A DNA stretch of 64,000 nt from Lama glama (taxonomy: Eukaryota), in NCBI GenBank assembly GCA_028534125.1, contig CM052829.1:29140001-29204000 (forward strand). Direction: 5' to 3'. The notes under the pieces are model-generated. The model saw only the letters and a program-made list of their open reading frames with translations. It was not told where the DNA came from and made no database searches. This document shows positions 62,141-64,000 of the stretch, piece by piece. The translations under genes were made by a program, and so were the position numbers. The first letter of the stretch is position 1. Every line of letters starts with the position of its first letter.

Positions 62141-62480
62141 GCTGGTTTTCAAAGCTCTCTGCATTTTAAAATAACTGGGAAAAAACCAAACAAGTTTCTT
62201 CTATATAGCACAGGGAACTGTATTCAATATGTTGTAATAACCTTGAATGGAAAAGAATATGAAAGTGAACATATGTATATATATATGCATGACTGGGACA
62301 TTGTACTATACACCAGAAATTGACACATTGTAACTGACTAATTAAAAAAATAAATTAAATAACTGGGGATTCTTTATAAAAGACCAGAGCCACACCCTCA
62401 GAAACCGTTATCTGATTGGTTTGAGATAGGGCCAAGGCATAGATATTTATTTAAAGTCCTGCAGGAGAGTCTAATGTGCC
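62141..62480. mobile_element. MER5-family (hAT-Charlie) element split by an L1 insertion
   Basis: gctggttttcaaag…tgcattttaaaataactgggg | ttctttataaaa…ccacaccctcaga…tgattggtttgag…tctaatgtgc; collinear with MER5A1/MER5B once the L1 is removed. Confidence 0.65.
62180..62356 (+). mobile_element. Young 5'-truncated L1 3' end (camelid-type) with TSD
   Basis: caagtttcttctatatagcacagggaactgtattcaatat…catgactgggacattgtactatacaccagaaattgacacattgtaactgac plus A-rich tail. Perfect 11-bp TSD aaataactggg (62169-62179 / 62357-62367) at a TTTT/AAAA endonuclease-type site. Confidence 0.92.
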
Positions 62481-64000
62481 ACATCAAAGTAATAAACATC
62501 AAGATAATGGAAGCAAAGGACATGTTTATGTATATGTTTTGTGAAAAACATTTCTATCCTTTCGTATTACAGTGGCTCATCCTGTTTTGCTTATAGGTGT
62601 ATTGAATATGCATCATTGCCTGATTGATGTCTATGTACTATACATCAAAATGTGAATTGATATGGCTATGTGGGGAATAAAGTCAGGGAACAAAGTTTAA
62701 GGCCCAAGCCTTGGAATTGTATTTAAGCATATCATCACTTGGTGAAAAAATTCTAAAAATAACACTTGAATATTAGGAACAAATTGAATTGGTTAACTAG
62801 CAGCCTTAGTACAGAAATTTTGGTGGGAAATTATGGTGTGCCGTTGTGCACCTTGCTTTTATTTGGACACAGTAACTAAAAATATTGGAATGTTTCCAGT
62901 CTTAGATCACAGTTTCCTGTCTTGAAATTACTTCTCTCATTTTGCAACATTTACAGTGTATGGTGCATCCTCACAGGGCTGTATACACACCCAAATCCAT
63001 ATGCACGTATATGCCAGTCTTTTCATTCACTTTCCCATTCCGTTTCTGTTCAAACATTAGCAAGGGGAATTGAAAAAGCTTATGACACTGACTTACTAGA
63101 AATGTGATGTATCAAGAAGCTAGACACACTTTTTTGAAAGCAGGGTAAGGGTCTATTTTATGCCCCAGGGAGTAGTTTTTCATACCAATCATTCACACTC
63201 ATCATAATTATCATGTGTGATATTATGCAGTTAAAATACAGCCCAACTAAAATTGTTTGTCTTAATTATCATTATCTATCCTCAAAAACTTAAATTCAAG
63301 TGAAAAAAGACCAACTCCAGGTAGCTTTTATTTGTCCTTAGGTTTCTGGCTTACTCTTCACCTCCTAAGAAATTCATTTCAAGGATTAAATGAATAATGT
63401 GTACAACATGCCTACTGTTCCTCTGTTACTTTTTCTTTGGTTTTCCTGGATACAATGAATGTTGGAATTGATTGAAACCAGAAGTTTGGTCTGATTCTCT
63501 TATTCTTGGATGATCATGTGGATGTGTGTATGAATCACCACATTTAAGCATTTAGAAAATCTTTTCCACAGACTCTCCCTCAGTTTTGCTTCTTTATTTC
63601 TACTTTGAGTTTATCACCATCTGTTACCTAGCATCCTTATGCCATGCTTCTGAAGTCCATTCCTTTGTTATTATAGAGATACCTGGTAGCAGAGCTATTC
63701 CTAAGAGGCCTTATTTGGCAGTTTCAAAGTTAATAGTCGTAACTTGGAAATAGAATAAGACTTGGGCTTAAGACTGGGTAGACCACTTAACTTATGTGAG
63801 AGAAAGGAGTGCTAATTGGAAAGGCCCAAGGTAACAGGGACAGACCTAGGACCGCTAGGACAATGTATCATTCCACGCAGCTGTGTTTTGTCTCTAAGCA
63901 TCTTTCCTTGCGATAAAATGTCATTGAACTCATAGCTTAAACACTTTCATTAAACAACTGAGAATTTGAATTAAAGAACGAAATCTGGAATGACCTGCCT

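Larger units (their letters stand above)
43592..64000 (+). other. PTPRK: PTPRK intron 2 (5' portion)
   Basis: Starts with gtaaga. The expected exon 3 peptide (SYMIVDSSDHDPGEKARL…) was not seen downstream in the window. Confidence 0.88.

Noticed and set aside
1-64000. CRISPR arrays, operons, tRNA/rRNA/snRNA genes, processed pseudogenes, CpG-island promoter
   Set aside because: None seen. The DNA is mammalian intron, and its repeats are microsatellites and transposon relics rather than repeat-spacer arrays.

Overview
Mammalian genomic DNA that is AT-rich, CpG-poor and almost entirely intronic. The only coding sequence I can support is a 123-bp internal exon at 43469-43591 (+). It reads (G)GCTFDDGPGACDYHQDLYDDFEWVHVSAQEPHYLPPEMPQ(G), which I recognise as the start of the MAM domain of receptor tyrosine phosphatase kappa (PTPRK exon 2). 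The window is therefore the 3' ~43 kb of PTPRK intron 1, exon 2, and the first ~20 kb of intron 2. The rest is ancient eutherian repeats (MIR, L2, L3, L1M, MLT1, a MER31-like LTR, MER58A, MER5, MER104, MER119), microsatellites, and three short young L1 3' ends. From recall those L1 ends look camelid-type, and I see no primate, rodent, ruminant, pig or carnivore SINEs. None of the supplied ORFs looks like a real gene. I found no evidence for a new biological system. The most worthwhile leads are hypotheses only: recursive-splice/poison-exon-like YAG|GT sites in the long intron 1 (best at 24335-24382), several repeat-free motif-dense candidate enhancers, and nested or TSD-flanked insertions. Repeat families were assigned by eye from remembered consensus sequences, and their boundaries are approximate.
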